Source: Lachnospiraceae bacterium (GTDB taxonomy: Bacteria; Bacillota; Clostridia; Lachnospirales; Lachnospiraceae). From it: a stretch of DNA of 64,000 bases. A program made the translations under genes and the position numbers. Location: assembly GCA_017532145.1 (NCBI GenBank), contig JAFXJR010000068.1, forward strand, positions 20,919 through 84,918, read 5' to 3'. Below are positions 1-8,992 of the stretch, one piece after another. The notes under the pieces are model-generated. The model was given only the letters and a program-made list of their open reading frames with translations. It searched no databases and was not told the DNA's origin. Within the stretch, counting starts at the first letter, position 1. Every line of letters begins with the position of its first letter.

Positions 1-8
1 AATAACAA

Positions 9-1292
9 ATGAAAGAGTTTGAAGTTAGAGTATCAAAAATACGTAGTGTGATTCATGCAGAAACTGGACTTTGTCAAGCAGTTCAAAATGTTGAAGAACA
101 GGTATCTTCTATACGCAATAGCTTGAGTATTAATGCTAAATATGCTATGAATATTAAGAGAACCTTGAATAGTGTCATTAATCAGATTGCGGAAGAAAAA
201 CATAGTCTGAAAAAAATGAGTGAGGTTTTGAGGGAGTCTGTAGATAAATACGAGGATACAGAAAGAAGGATTACTCAAACGGCAGCAGATGGAAAGGTTT
301 CTAGACAAGAAGAAAAAAGGGGAAATACATTAAGTAATTTTGAAGGTAATCTTTTTGATTGGGAACAACTGAAATTAATATTGTTCCCAAAGTTTCCTTC
401 TATCAATCCTGTTATTTCACTTTTGGATCTTCTACTTATTAACAAGGTAACGACAGGATTCCTAAGCAATATAATCAAGAATACTACAGTATCAGCAGAG
501 TTTAGTTTGGATGAACAAGACGCCAAGTTTGAGGTGACTGGACAAGGCAAACATAACCTGTATGATGGTAAAGACAAGAAGATACTCGTTGAAGAAAAGT
601 ACAGGGACGATGGTGCAGAACTAGAAAAATTAGATAAAGTAGCACAGGTATCAGTAACAGCAGGTGTAGAAGCTTCTCTTGCTTCAGCAAAATTAGAAGT
701 AAAAGGAGAAAACGCTTCTATATCAGCTTCTGCTGATGTATTAAAAGGGGAAGTATATGCTTCCGGTTACGCGGGTCTCTATTCCATAGATAGTGATGGT
801 AAAAAGCGGTTTACTCCCGGAATCGGTGGCGAAGTAGGTGCCAGTGTGACGGCTTTATCTGTTGATGCAGAGGCACAATTAGGAAATGATAACTTAGGTG
901 CATATGTAAAAGGCAATATAACAGCAGGGAAGGTTTCAGCTCAGGCTAGTGGAAATATTGGATTGGTAGATGCGGAGGGGAATTTTAACCCACAAGCCCA
1001 TATGAATATCAGTGCAGAAGCAATTGCAGCAGAAGCATCTGCAACGGTGGGGGCAAAGGTATTGGGAGTTGATGTAAGTGGTAAGGCAAGCGTCAATGTG
1101 GGAATTGGAGCTCATGCAGATATTGGATACAAGGATGGTAAACTAAGTGTGGATATAGGGGCTTCTCTTGGTTTGGGAGTAAGTGTAGACTTGGATATTG
1201 ATATTGGTAAGGCAGTAGATAATGTTGCAACAGGAATATCTAATGTAACAGATAATGCATGTAAATGGTTGAAGGGATGGCTTGGCTGGTAA
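9..1292 (+). CDS. Putative T7SS effector: helical WXG100/LXG-like N-terminus and Gly/Ala/Val-rich beta-strand-repeat C-terminus
   Basis: N-terminal ~90 aa helical and paralogous to 2135..3304; C-terminus has alternating G-x-S-A-x-V strands; followed by DUF4176-like genes. Confidence 0.65.
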   Translation: MKEFEVRVSKIRSVIHAETGLCQAVQNVEEQVSSIRNSLSINAKYAMNIKRTLNSVINQIAEEKHSLKKMSEVLRESVDKYEDTERRITQTAADGKVSRQEEKRGNTLSNFEGNLFDWEQLKLILFPKFPSINPVISLLDLLLINKVTTGFLSNIIKNTTVSAEFSLDEQDAKFEVTGQGKHNLYDGKDKKILVEEKYRDDGAELEKLDKVAQVSVTAGVEASLASAKLEVKGENASISASADVLKGEVYASGYAGLYSIDSDGKKRFTPGIGGEVGASVTALSVDAEAQLGNDNLGAYVKGNITAGKVSAQASGNIGLVDAEGNFNPQAHMNISAEAIAAEASATVGAKVLGVDVSGKASVNVGIGAHADIGYKDGKLSVDIGASLGLGVSVDLDIDIGKAVDNVATGISNVTDNACKWLKGWLGW

Positions 1293-1314
1293 AATAGAAA
1301 GGAGAAAATGAAGA

Positions 1315-1653
1315 ATGGAAATTAAGTTGTTGCCAATAGGTACAATTGTGATGCTGAAGGATTCAGAACCAAAGGTAATGATTACCGGATATTGTCCTAT
1401 AGGTGAAAGTCGCCCAGGATATGTATGGGATTATTCTGGTTTAATTTTTCCTCGTGGTTATAAGGATGCCAATCAAATATTACAATTTGATAAAGAACAA
1501 ATTGATTATGTTGTAGCAATGGGATATCAGGATGAAGAACAGTTTGCCTTTATTAGAAATTTGGATGAAGTAATAGAGGATTTGAAGCAGGCAGTTTATA
1601 ATGAAGCGGAAAAACTTATGGAGATGAGTGAGGAGGATGAAGAAAATGTATGA
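1315..1653 (+). CDS. DUF4176 family protein (T7SS-associated)
   Basis: LLPIGTIVMLK...KVMITG...WDYSG...FPRG...FDKEQI...GYQDEE signature; AAAGGAG RBS. Confidence 0.85.
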   Translation: MEIKLLPIGTIVMLKDSEPKVMITGYCPIGESRPGYVWDYSGLIFPRGYKDANQILQFDKEQIDYVVAMGYQDEEQFAFIRNLDEVIEDLKQAVYNEAEKLMEMSEEDEENV

Positions 1654-1948
1654 TAAAACGTTGCCGATTGGAAGTATTGTTATTTTAGAGAATGCAGTAA
1701 AAAGGGTGATGATTCTGGGTTATTGTCAATATAAAGCTGGTGAGATGACGAAGATTTATGATTATGTAGGATGTCCTTTTCCAGAAGGATTTATCAGTTC
1801 AGATAAAATGGTTTTGTTTGACCATGCTCAAATTAAACATATTTTTGCTCTTGGTTATCAAAATGAGGAACAATTCATCTTTAGAGAGAAATTAAAAGTG
1901 GCACTGGAGAAAAATGAGGAAATCATAAAGCAAACGGCTGGTAAGTAG
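1646..1948 (+). CDS. DUF4176 family protein
   Basis: LPIGSIVIL...VMILG...YDYVGCPFPEG...FDH..I....GYQNEE; start moved to the ATG downstream of AGGAGG. Confidence 0.85.
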   Translation: MYDKTLPIGSIVILENAVKRVMILGYCQYKAGEMTKIYDYVGCPFPEGFISSDKMVLFDHAQIKHIFALGYQNEEQFIFREKLKVALEKNEEIIKQTAGK

Positions 1949-2039
1949 TAAGATTTAACGATGTGGAATGCTTAGATGATAAATAACCATCTTAATTCTC
2001 TATATAGTAAATGTATTGCTTATGCAATAAGAAGCTCCT

Positions 2040-2081
2040 GTAACTATTCAGCAGGTCTGTACATTTGTATTGAATAGTTAC
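2040..2081. repeat. Dispersed inverted-repeat element, copy 1 (short form)
   Basis: GTAACTATTCA...TGAATAGTTAC perfect 11-bp termini with the GCAGGTCTGTACA core shared with other copies. Confidence 0.85.
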
Positions 2082-2134
2082 AAGCTACTGATATCATGAA
2101 GATTGATAATATAAGAGGAAAGGATGTGCAAGAG

Positions 2135-3304
2135 ATGAAAGAATTTGTAATTAATATACCTCGCACATATGCTGTTGTTCATAAAGAAAAACAGATGTTG
2201 ACAAAGCTTTGGTCAATACACGAAAATGTGTATGCTATACGTAGCCATTTGGCAATAGATAGTAAATATTCGGTAGTGATAGAGCAGGAACTTTCTCAAG
2301 TGATACAGCAATTGTCAGAAGAAAAAGACAGTATTCAGAAGATGAGTGAAGCATTGCGACAATTCATCGAATATTACAACGAAACAGAGGAAAGGATTAT
2401 TGATTATTCAGAAGGCAGTTCAAATAATAAGTTATCCTCTATTTGGGCAATGCCAATAGTTCCTGTTATCTCTCCGTTAATTGTGGAGCCAAATTTGAGT
2501 ATATTAGATACAGTTATAAACCAGAGGATAATCAATTGGCCAAAGATTTTCGATAGGATACCCTCTATAAGAGAGATATTAGAAGCATTAAAATTAATAA
2601 CACCACGTACTGCACCACAGCTTCCTTCTTTTTGGCCTGCCATACAGGAGGCAATAAACTCACTAACACCACCACACACTGCACCACGTGGACCTTCATT
2701 TTCTGATTTGATACCTTATATAGAGGAGGCAATAAAAAAATCACCACCACATACTGCACCACAGCTTCCTCCCACTTCATTTTGGGCAAATCCATTGTTT
2801 GATAGCATAAATGATAAAATCGGATTTGTGATTCCAAGTATGGGAGGAATCGTAGCAATAGGTATGGCTGTTTTGACAATAGAACAGACAGTACCCTGTT
2901 CAGTGCCTAGTATTATGCAGTCAGGAAAACTTATTGAGGCAATAAAGAAGATATCACACGTATTTCCCACTAATAAGGAGGATCCTTTTCCCCAACTAGA
3001 CGATTGGGCAAAGAAATTGGGAGATATGCCAAAAGGTCTGATTCCAATGGAATTTAAAATAACACCAATGAAACCGATGGCTCCGGAAGATATTTTCAAA
3101 ATGAAGAAGGTATTGGAATTCAACAGGCGACCAACTGGTTTGATTCCAATGGTAGAACCACTTGGAGAAAAAATGAAAGATATTTTTTCTTTATTTAATC
3201 CTGTTCCGGTTCCAAAACCGGTTTCTCCTATTTTTGATAAAATCTTTACTAAGTTGGATGATATTTTAGTGTCAATAACAGGCAATACTGGTGTTAAATA
3301 TTAA
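2135..3304 (+). CDS. Second putative T7SS effector with paralogous N-terminus and Pro-rich repetitive C-terminus
   Basis: MKEFVINI.. vs MKEFEVRV..; EEKDSIQKMSEALRQFIEYYNETEERI vs EEKHSLKKMSEVLRESVDKYEDTERRI; followed by a DUF4176 gene. Confidence 0.6.
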   Translation: MKEFVINIPRTYAVVHKEKQMLTKLWSIHENVYAIRSHLAIDSKYSVVIEQELSQVIQQLSEEKDSIQKMSEALRQFIEYYNETEERIIDYSEGSSNNKLSSIWAMPIVPVISPLIVEPNLSILDTVINQRIINWPKIFDRIPSIREILEALKLITPRTAPQLPSFWPAIQEAINSLTPPHTAPRGPSFSDLIPYIEEAIKKSPPHTAPQLPPTSFWANPLFDSINDKIGFVIPSMGGIVAIGMAVLTIEQTVPCSVPSIMQSGKLIEAIKKISHVFPTNKEDPFPQLDDWAKKLGDMPKGLIPMEFKITPMKPMAPEDIFKMKKVLEFNRRPTGLIPMVEPLGEKMKDIFSLFNPVPVPKPVSPIFDKIFTKLDDILVSITGNTGVKY

Positions 3305-3337
3305 CAAAGAAGAGATAAACACTAGGAGGGAGATAAA

Positions 3338-3649
3338 ATGGAAATTCGATTATTGCCAATAGGTACAGTTGCTGTATTAAAGGAGTCAGAGGCTAGAGTC
3401 ATGATTATAGGATATGGATTGATGGAGCCGTCTCATCCTGGTCAGGTCTGGGATTATTCAGGGCTGCCTTTCCCAGGGGGATATCAGGATGAAAATCAAA
3501 TTTTGGCTTTTGATGAAGAACAGATAGAATATATTTTGGGTATGGGTTATCAGGATCAGGAACAGCTTGTGTTTATTTATGATATGAATCAGGCTTTGGA
3601 GCTATTGAAAGAAACGGCAAAAGAAAAAGAAATAGCATCGAATGAATGA
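3338..3649 (+). CDS. DUF4176 family protein, paralog of 1315..1653
   Basis: MEIRLLPIGT...WDYSGLPFPGGY...FDEEQI...GYQDQEQ; AGGAGG RBS. Confidence 0.85.
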   Translation: MEIRLLPIGTVAVLKESEARVMIIGYGLMEPSHPGQVWDYSGLPFPGGYQDENQILAFDEEQIEYILGMGYQDQEQLVFIYDMNQALELLKETAKEKEIASNE

Positions 3650-3902
3650 GGAGAATAAAGAGTATTGCTACAGTATATTGAAGATTTGACTTAGTGTTCT
3701 ATTATTGAAGGAATTAGTGAAAAAGATAGATTAAAGAAAAGGATATCCTTATCCCCGAGTATAGAGACAGGATAATTAGAATATGAGGGAATTAGAGTCG
3801 TATTTTACAATCAAGATGGGATATCCTTTTTGTGATGTACAGATGGACTAACCTGCAATAGGGAATCAAAGATAAAAGCAAATAAGGAAAGGCTGTTTTA
3901 TT

Positions 3903-4325
3903 GTGAAAATATATATTATATTGTTAATCGTATTGGAATGTATTTTTTTATTGATAGGATGTACTTTATTATATATTCATCATAGAAAAAGAAAGAATTG
4001 TACAGAAAGTACGAAAGCTACTGTGGTTGAAATGAAAAGAGTGGTTCATAGGAATAGTGATGGACATTATAGAACAGTATGGCAACCTGTTGTAGAGTAT
4101 TATGTGGAGGGGCAATTAATCCATCAAATATCATCTTTGGGGAGTAATCCTCCTCGCTATAAAGTAGGAGACAGTATAGCGATTAAATATGATTCAAAGA
4201 AACCTACAAATTTTCTCATTGAAGGGGATAATCTAACACTAATTATAGGAATTATTTTTATCATTATCAGTTTAATATTACTATTCATTACTCCTCTTAT
4301 ATTAAGGATGATTTTTAAGGTATAA
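3903..4325 (+). CDS. DUF3592-like two-TM membrane protein
   Basis: N-terminal TM, TKATVV...PVVEYYVEG...YKVGDSIAIKYD..KP, C-terminal TM. Confidence 0.7.
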   Translation: MKIYIILLIVLECIFLLIGCTLLYIHHRKRKNCTESTKATVVEMKRVVHRNSDGHYRTVWQPVVEYYVEGQLIHQISSLGSNPPRYKVGDSIAIKYDSKKPTNFLIEGDNLTLIIGIIFIIISLILLFITPLILRMIFKV

Positions 4326-4377
4326 CAGAAGCTATTGATATATGGAATATTTTGATAAGTAATATAGAAGGATAAAC

Positions 4378-4511
4378 GTAACTATTCAGTAGGTCTGCAC
4401 ATTTGCTGTGCTGACCGTATGAAAACGTAGTTGCAATGAGCAAAAATCCCATCGCCATAGGCGATTTTCATGGATTTTTGCATAGTAGCTGTGAGGGTAC
4501 TGAACAGTTAC
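4378..4511 (+). repeat. Dispersed inverted-repeat element, copy 2 (full length, 134 bp)
   Basis: GTAACTATTCAGTA...TACTGAACAGTTAC termini; internal hairpins GGTCTGCAC/GTGCTGACC and GCAAAAATCC/GGATTTTTGC. Confidence 0.9.
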
Positions 4512-4546
4512 AGATAAACAATTACTGGGAGAGGAGAACAGATGAG

Positions 4547-6298
4547 ATGACAAATAGGTGTTGCAACTGTTTTAATGAACTGGGAAGATGGGAACAGGTA
4601 TGTTCTCATTGTGGATTTCAGATGGATACGCTGGAAAATAATCCACAGGTATTGGCAGCAGGAACTATTCTGAAAAATAGATTTCAGATTGGAAGAACTC
4701 TGGGAAGAGGAGGGTTTGGTATTACTTATTTGGCTTGGGATATGAATGCACAGATTAGAGTAGCCATCAAGGAATATTATCCGGGAAATATGGTAATGAG
4801 AGATGTGACAGCCTATGGTGGGAATACACTACATACCATGACCAGTGCAGACCGCCAAAATTTTAAGACTGGTTTGGAAAAATATGTGCAGGAGGCCACC
4901 ATTTTGTCTAGGTATGCTAAGCTACCTGGTATTGTTTCCGTTAAAGAATTTTTTTATGAAAATGGTACTGCCTATATTGTAATGGAATATGTGGATGGAA
5001 TATCTCTAAAAGATTTTGTTGAACAGAAAGGAGGAAAGTTATCTACAACAGAAACGTTACAATTGATGAGACCGGTAATCCATTCACTGTCAGTTATCCA
5101 TAGAGATAAGCTTTTGCATAGAGATATTAGTCCTGATAATATTATGATTGATAAATCTGGTATTGTAAAACTAATCGATTTTGGTGCTGCCAGATATTTT
5201 GAATCTGGAGATGAAAAAAGTATGACAGTAATGCTGAAGCATGGATACGCTCCCGTGGAGCAATATTCTAAAAAGGGAGAGCAGGGAAGTTGGACAGATA
5301 TTTATGCATTGTGTGCAGTGATGTATCGCTTACTGACAGGAGTAGTTCCGGAAGAATCTGTATCCAGAACAAGCCATGATCAATTAATATCTATTCAGAG
5401 GTTAGCACCAAGTGTCCCGAAGCAAGTAGCCAAAGTCATCGAAAAGGGGCTGGCAGTAGATGCTAAAAAACGATATCAAAGTATGAATGTTTTATATGAT
5501 GAGCTATATGCTCCTAAAGAGATTCAAGCAACAGAAAAAGGAAATAAGCTACTTTTGATTATTGCCATAGCAGTAGCATGTCTTGCCATAGCTACCGGTT
5601 TGCTGCTTTTAATGGGAAGTGCAAGTAAAGCTAATAATTCCAAGGATAATGGATATGTAATGCAACGAATGTTTCGTTATCATGCTGATGGAAGCTTAGA
5701 GTGGACTGAAGAACCTGAGTATGATAAAAAAGGTAATGAAATACGTAGAGTTATCTATTATGCAGATGGGAGTATAGGTGGATGGGGTGAGTCGGAGAAT
5801 GATGAAGAAGGAAATGAAATACGTAGAACGATTTATAATGCTGACAATAGTTTAAATTGTATCTATGAGTCTAAATGGGATGAAGAAGGAAATTTAATAC
5901 AGAAAATACGTTACCTTACTGATGGAAGTATAGACTATACCTACCAGTATCAATACAATAATAAGGATGATGTAACGAAATGGACTTATTATAATGGAGC
6001 TGGTGATGTGGAAAATATGAATGATTATCAATTAGAATATGATTGGACAGGAAATTTGTCCAAGAGTGTTGTTTATGATATAGAGGGAAACCAAGAATTT
6101 AGCTATACTTTTGAATATGATAAAAAAGGGAATGAAATTAAAAGCACCTTATACAATGGAGACGACAGTATCGGGTATTGGAATGAATCCGAATGGGATA
6201 CAAACGGAAATAAAATTAAAAACACCTATTATAACGCTGATGGAAGTGTATCCTATTGGGAAGAATATGAATATATATTTTGGGGAGATGGTTCATAA
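4547..6298 (+). CDS. Membrane Hanks-type Ser/Thr kinase with N-terminal zinc ribbon and C-terminal YD/RHS-like repeats
   Basis: LGRGGFGITY, VAIKE, HRDISPDN, DFG, YAPVEQ motifs; CxxC..CxxC; TM; ~24-aa (Y/W)DxxGNxI..YxADGS repeats; start set after GAGGAG. Confidence 0.9.
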   Translation: MTNRCCNCFNELGRWEQVCSHCGFQMDTLENNPQVLAAGTILKNRFQIGRTLGRGGFGITYLAWDMNAQIRVAIKEYYPGNMVMRDVTAYGGNTLHTMTSADRQNFKTGLEKYVQEATILSRYAKLPGIVSVKEFFYENGTAYIVMEYVDGISLKDFVEQKGGKLSTTETLQLMRPVIHSLSVIHRDKLLHRDISPDNIMIDKSGIVKLIDFGAARYFESGDEKSMTVMLKHGYAPVEQYSKKGEQGSWTDIYALCAVMYRLLTGVVPEESVSRTSHDQLISIQRLAPSVPKQVAKVIEKGLAVDAKKRYQSMNVLYDELYAPKEIQATEKGNKLLLIIAIAVACLAIATGLLLLMGSASKANNSKDNGYVMQRMFRYHADGSLEWTEEPEYDKKGNEIRRVIYYADGSIGGWGESENDEEGNEIRRTIYNADNSLNCIYESKWDEEGNLIQKIRYLTDGSIDYTYQYQYNNKDDVTKWTYYNGAGDVENMNDYQLEYDWTGNLSKSVVYDIEGNQEFSYTFEYDKKGNEIKSTLYNGDDSIGYWNESEWDTNGNKIKNTYYNADGSVSYWEEYEYIFWGDGS

Positions 6299-6377
6299 TT
6301 CAAAGTTTTATTTTACGATAAGTAAAAGCTTTATGTAGTAGGCAATAGATACGGGAAGAGAGGAAAGGAATGGATAA

Positions 6378-6968
6378 ATGATGTTTTGTGGAAAATGTGG
6401 AAATGAATTAAAGGAATCAGTACAATTCTGTGGCAAATGTGGAGCAGCAATAGAAAACAATAGACAGCAGATAATGAAAGAAAATCATTCTGGTGTAGAG
6501 CAGTCAACGAGAATATCTGGTACAGGCAATATATCTACATTGTTAATAGGGATTTCTGGATTATCGATATTACAGTTAATTCTGTGGTATGTGGATATGA
6601 TGAAGGTTACTGCACTTTATATAGCTTCCATGAGTTTTTCCATCCATGATCAAATGGAAGAAGGCGGTGTAGCTTTTTTGTCTGTGATTACTGTGATATT
6701 GTGTCTTACCTCAACAGTGTTATCCTTACTTCCGGCTTTGCAGGGTGGTTTAAAGAAAAGGAATAGGATGATTATACAACATACAGCAGGTATCTGGTGT
6801 TTGGGTTGGTTCTTATATATGGTGGGTGAATCTAATGCTATTGCAAAAGAGGCTGGAGGATTGACAGAGGTAAGTCTGACTTTTGGTGGGTGGCTGTATT
6901 TACTGGTGAGTATTGCCCTGATAGCTTTAGCTTTTGGAACTTCTGTAAAAAGTAAAACTTTAGTGTAA
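6378..6968 (+). CDS. Zinc-ribbon membrane protein
   Basis: MFCGKCG...FCGKCG followed by ~4 hydrophobic segments. Confidence 0.8.
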   Translation: MMFCGKCGNELKESVQFCGKCGAAIENNRQQIMKENHSGVEQSTRISGTGNISTLLIGISGLSILQLILWYVDMMKVTALYIASMSFSIHDQMEEGGVAFLSVITVILCLTSTVLSLLPALQGGLKKRNRMIIQHTAGIWCLGWFLYMVGESNAIAKEAGGLTEVSLTFGGWLYLLVSIALIALAFGTSVKSKTLV

Positions 6969-6998
6969 GAACAATCATAAACGGAAGGAGAAGGAGTA

Positions 6999-7463
6999 AT
7001 GGATTTTTTTGGACAGATTGGTAAAAAACTGGCAGATGCAGGACATGAAGTTGCACAGAAAACTCAAAATTTTACTGAGATGACTCGGTTAAATGGTATA
7101 ATATCAGAGAAAGAAAAAAAGCTAAAACAGCTATATACAGTTATTGGTGAATACTATTATGAACAGCATAAAGATGATTCCACAGCAGAGTGCAGAGATT
7201 TTATTATAGAAATTCGTTTATTAATGGAAGAGATAGATCAGTGCAAAGAGGAACTGAGAAAGATAAAGGGAACGGGTAAATGTACTGAGTGTGGTGCTGA
7301 GGTGGTAGCTGATGCGGCTTTTTGTAATGTCTGCGGAGCCAGAATAGTGCAGCAACAGGTGCAGTCTTCATTGGATATAGAAGGAAAAGTTTGTCCTAAT
7401 TGCAGTACAGTAGTAGCAATAGATAATCTATTTTGTGATCGATGCGGAACAAAATTAGAATAA
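6999..7463 (+). CDS. Coiled-coil plus double zinc-ribbon protein
   Basis: CTECG..FCNVCG and CPNC..FCDRCG. Confidence 0.8.
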   Translation: MDFFGQIGKKLADAGHEVAQKTQNFTEMTRLNGIISEKEKKLKQLYTVIGEYYYEQHKDDSTAECRDFIIEIRLLMEEIDQCKEELRKIKGTGKCTECGAEVVADAAFCNVCGARIVQQQVQSSLDIEGKVCPNCSTVVAIDNLFCDRCGTKLE

Positions 7464-7629
7464 AAATACTGATAAAAATGAAGTATGGAAAAGGGAATGA
7501 TATCATCGGAAAATCTGTACCACCTTATCAAAGATGGAGCTTCTTTTAAAGAAGTTTTTGAATTAGTAGGGTGGTACAAATTTTGATATTTACTCATTGA
7601 AAAAAACTTGGATAGATAGGAGGATAAAA

Positions 7630-8847
7630 ATGAAAAAAGGCAGAATGATGTGGAGACTTATGTTTCTTACCACAATCTTGGTTACATTTGTAATGATGGG
7701 GACAGGTTGTTCTTCTAACACTCATTCCGATATCTCTGAGGTACACTTGGACAATGATAATACAGCTACAAAAAGTGCAGATATAGAAAAGGATACCACT
7801 TCTTTAGAAGAAATAAAGAATATAGAAGAAAGGATTCCAGATGTTTCTATACAAGAACAAGATATTCCAGAACCCGTAAAAGTAGAATTTCTTTCTACAA
7901 AAGAGTTAAATGAAATATTAACTTTAATGCAGGATAATGGATTAAGACAATATTCTGCCAACAACGTGGATTATGGAAATATTTTAAGCTTTGTAAAGAT
8001 GTATTACAACAATCATAACTTATGGAAAGAAGAATCTCTGGAAGCGAGAGAGGGGAGAGATTATCCTCTGTATTATAATAAACTATCTGAAGATGAGATG
8101 AATATACTGTTAAACCGGTTTTTTTCTATCATAGAGGTACCTAAGACAGAGATAGGTTCTGTAAAATATGAAGATGAGTATTTTTTATTTGAATGTCATG
8201 ATATTGGAGATCCTATATGGGCAGTAAGTATTGCTGAACAACCACAGTTATTGGAAAATGGAAACTATAGGGTCAATTTTCATGCGTATCATTATGACTA
8301 CAGCGACGAAGAAAGTTTGTATGATGAAAAAGAGTTGGTTCAATATTATACTTATAACAGGACAGAGATGGAACAAGAAAGGTTGTTGGAAAATGCGGGA
8401 TATGGGGAAGCAGAGTTTTGCTTTAAGGATGGAAAATGGTTGTTAACAGAATATTGCTTGTATGAAAATATTGCAATAAGTTATTGGGATTACTATTTGT
8501 ATAAGGGACAATATGTGAAGTTGTATGGTTCTTTACAGAAAGATACAGAGGAAAATTGGATATTGGTACTTGACCAGCCTTACACTTTCAATAGTTATTA
8601 CATATATAGGAATGGAGTATATGCTATGTATCGTTTGAGTCGACATGGTATGGCTATGATGGATACAACGCCAATAGATGAATATGAGATAGAAACAATA
8701 GGTCTTACGGGTAATCATATCAATGCAGACGAAATGGTGGGAAAAAGAGTTTCTGTTTTTGGAGAAGTTGCTGAAAATGGAACATTAAATGAGGGTGAAC
8801 AGGTGGTAATCATAGATGGATTGAATCATTTAGAAATAGTGGAATAA
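7630..8847 (+). CDS. Hypothetical lipoprotein
   Basis: Basic N-terminus, hydrophobic stretch, lipobox-like GTGC; GGAGG RBS. Confidence 0.7.
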   Translation: MKKGRMMWRLMFLTTILVTFVMMGTGCSSNTHSDISEVHLDNDNTATKSADIEKDTTSLEEIKNIEERIPDVSIQEQDIPEPVKVEFLSTKELNEILTLMQDNGLRQYSANNVDYGNILSFVKMYYNNHNLWKEESLEAREGRDYPLYYNKLSEDEMNILLNRFFSIIEVPKTEIGSVKYEDEYFLFECHDIGDPIWAVSIAEQPQLLENGNYRVNFHAYHYDYSDEESLYDEKELVQYYTYNRTEMEQERLLENAGYGEAEFCFKDGKWLLTEYCLYENIAISYWDYYLYKGQYVKLYGSLQKDTEENWILVLDQPYTFNSYYIYRNGVYAMYRLSRHGMAMMDTTPIDEYEIETIGLTGNHINADEMVGKRVSVFGEVAENGTLNEGEQVVIIDGLNHLEIVE

Positions 8848-8992
8848 TTTGTATAAAATCTATTGTGTAAGATACAGAAAGATGTCATTCATCCTACTAA
8901 ATGTGCATTCTGTCAGAAAATAAAATAATTCTTATAAAAAATGTTATAATGCAGAAGATTTGAAACTTAGTAAAAGCCGAAAGGAGAAAGTA

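Noticed and set aside
2716-3285. Long antisense ORF, and similar shadow ORFs elsewhere (17480-18154, 21094-21855, 54630-55157)
   Set aside because: They lie largely opposite well-supported genes and have no recognisable motifs
4436-4546. Apparent shared N-terminal peptide (IAIGDFH.FL) on the kinase and CinA (54222) ORFs
   Set aside because: It is translation through the dispersed repeat; RBS-supported starts are at 4547 and 54354
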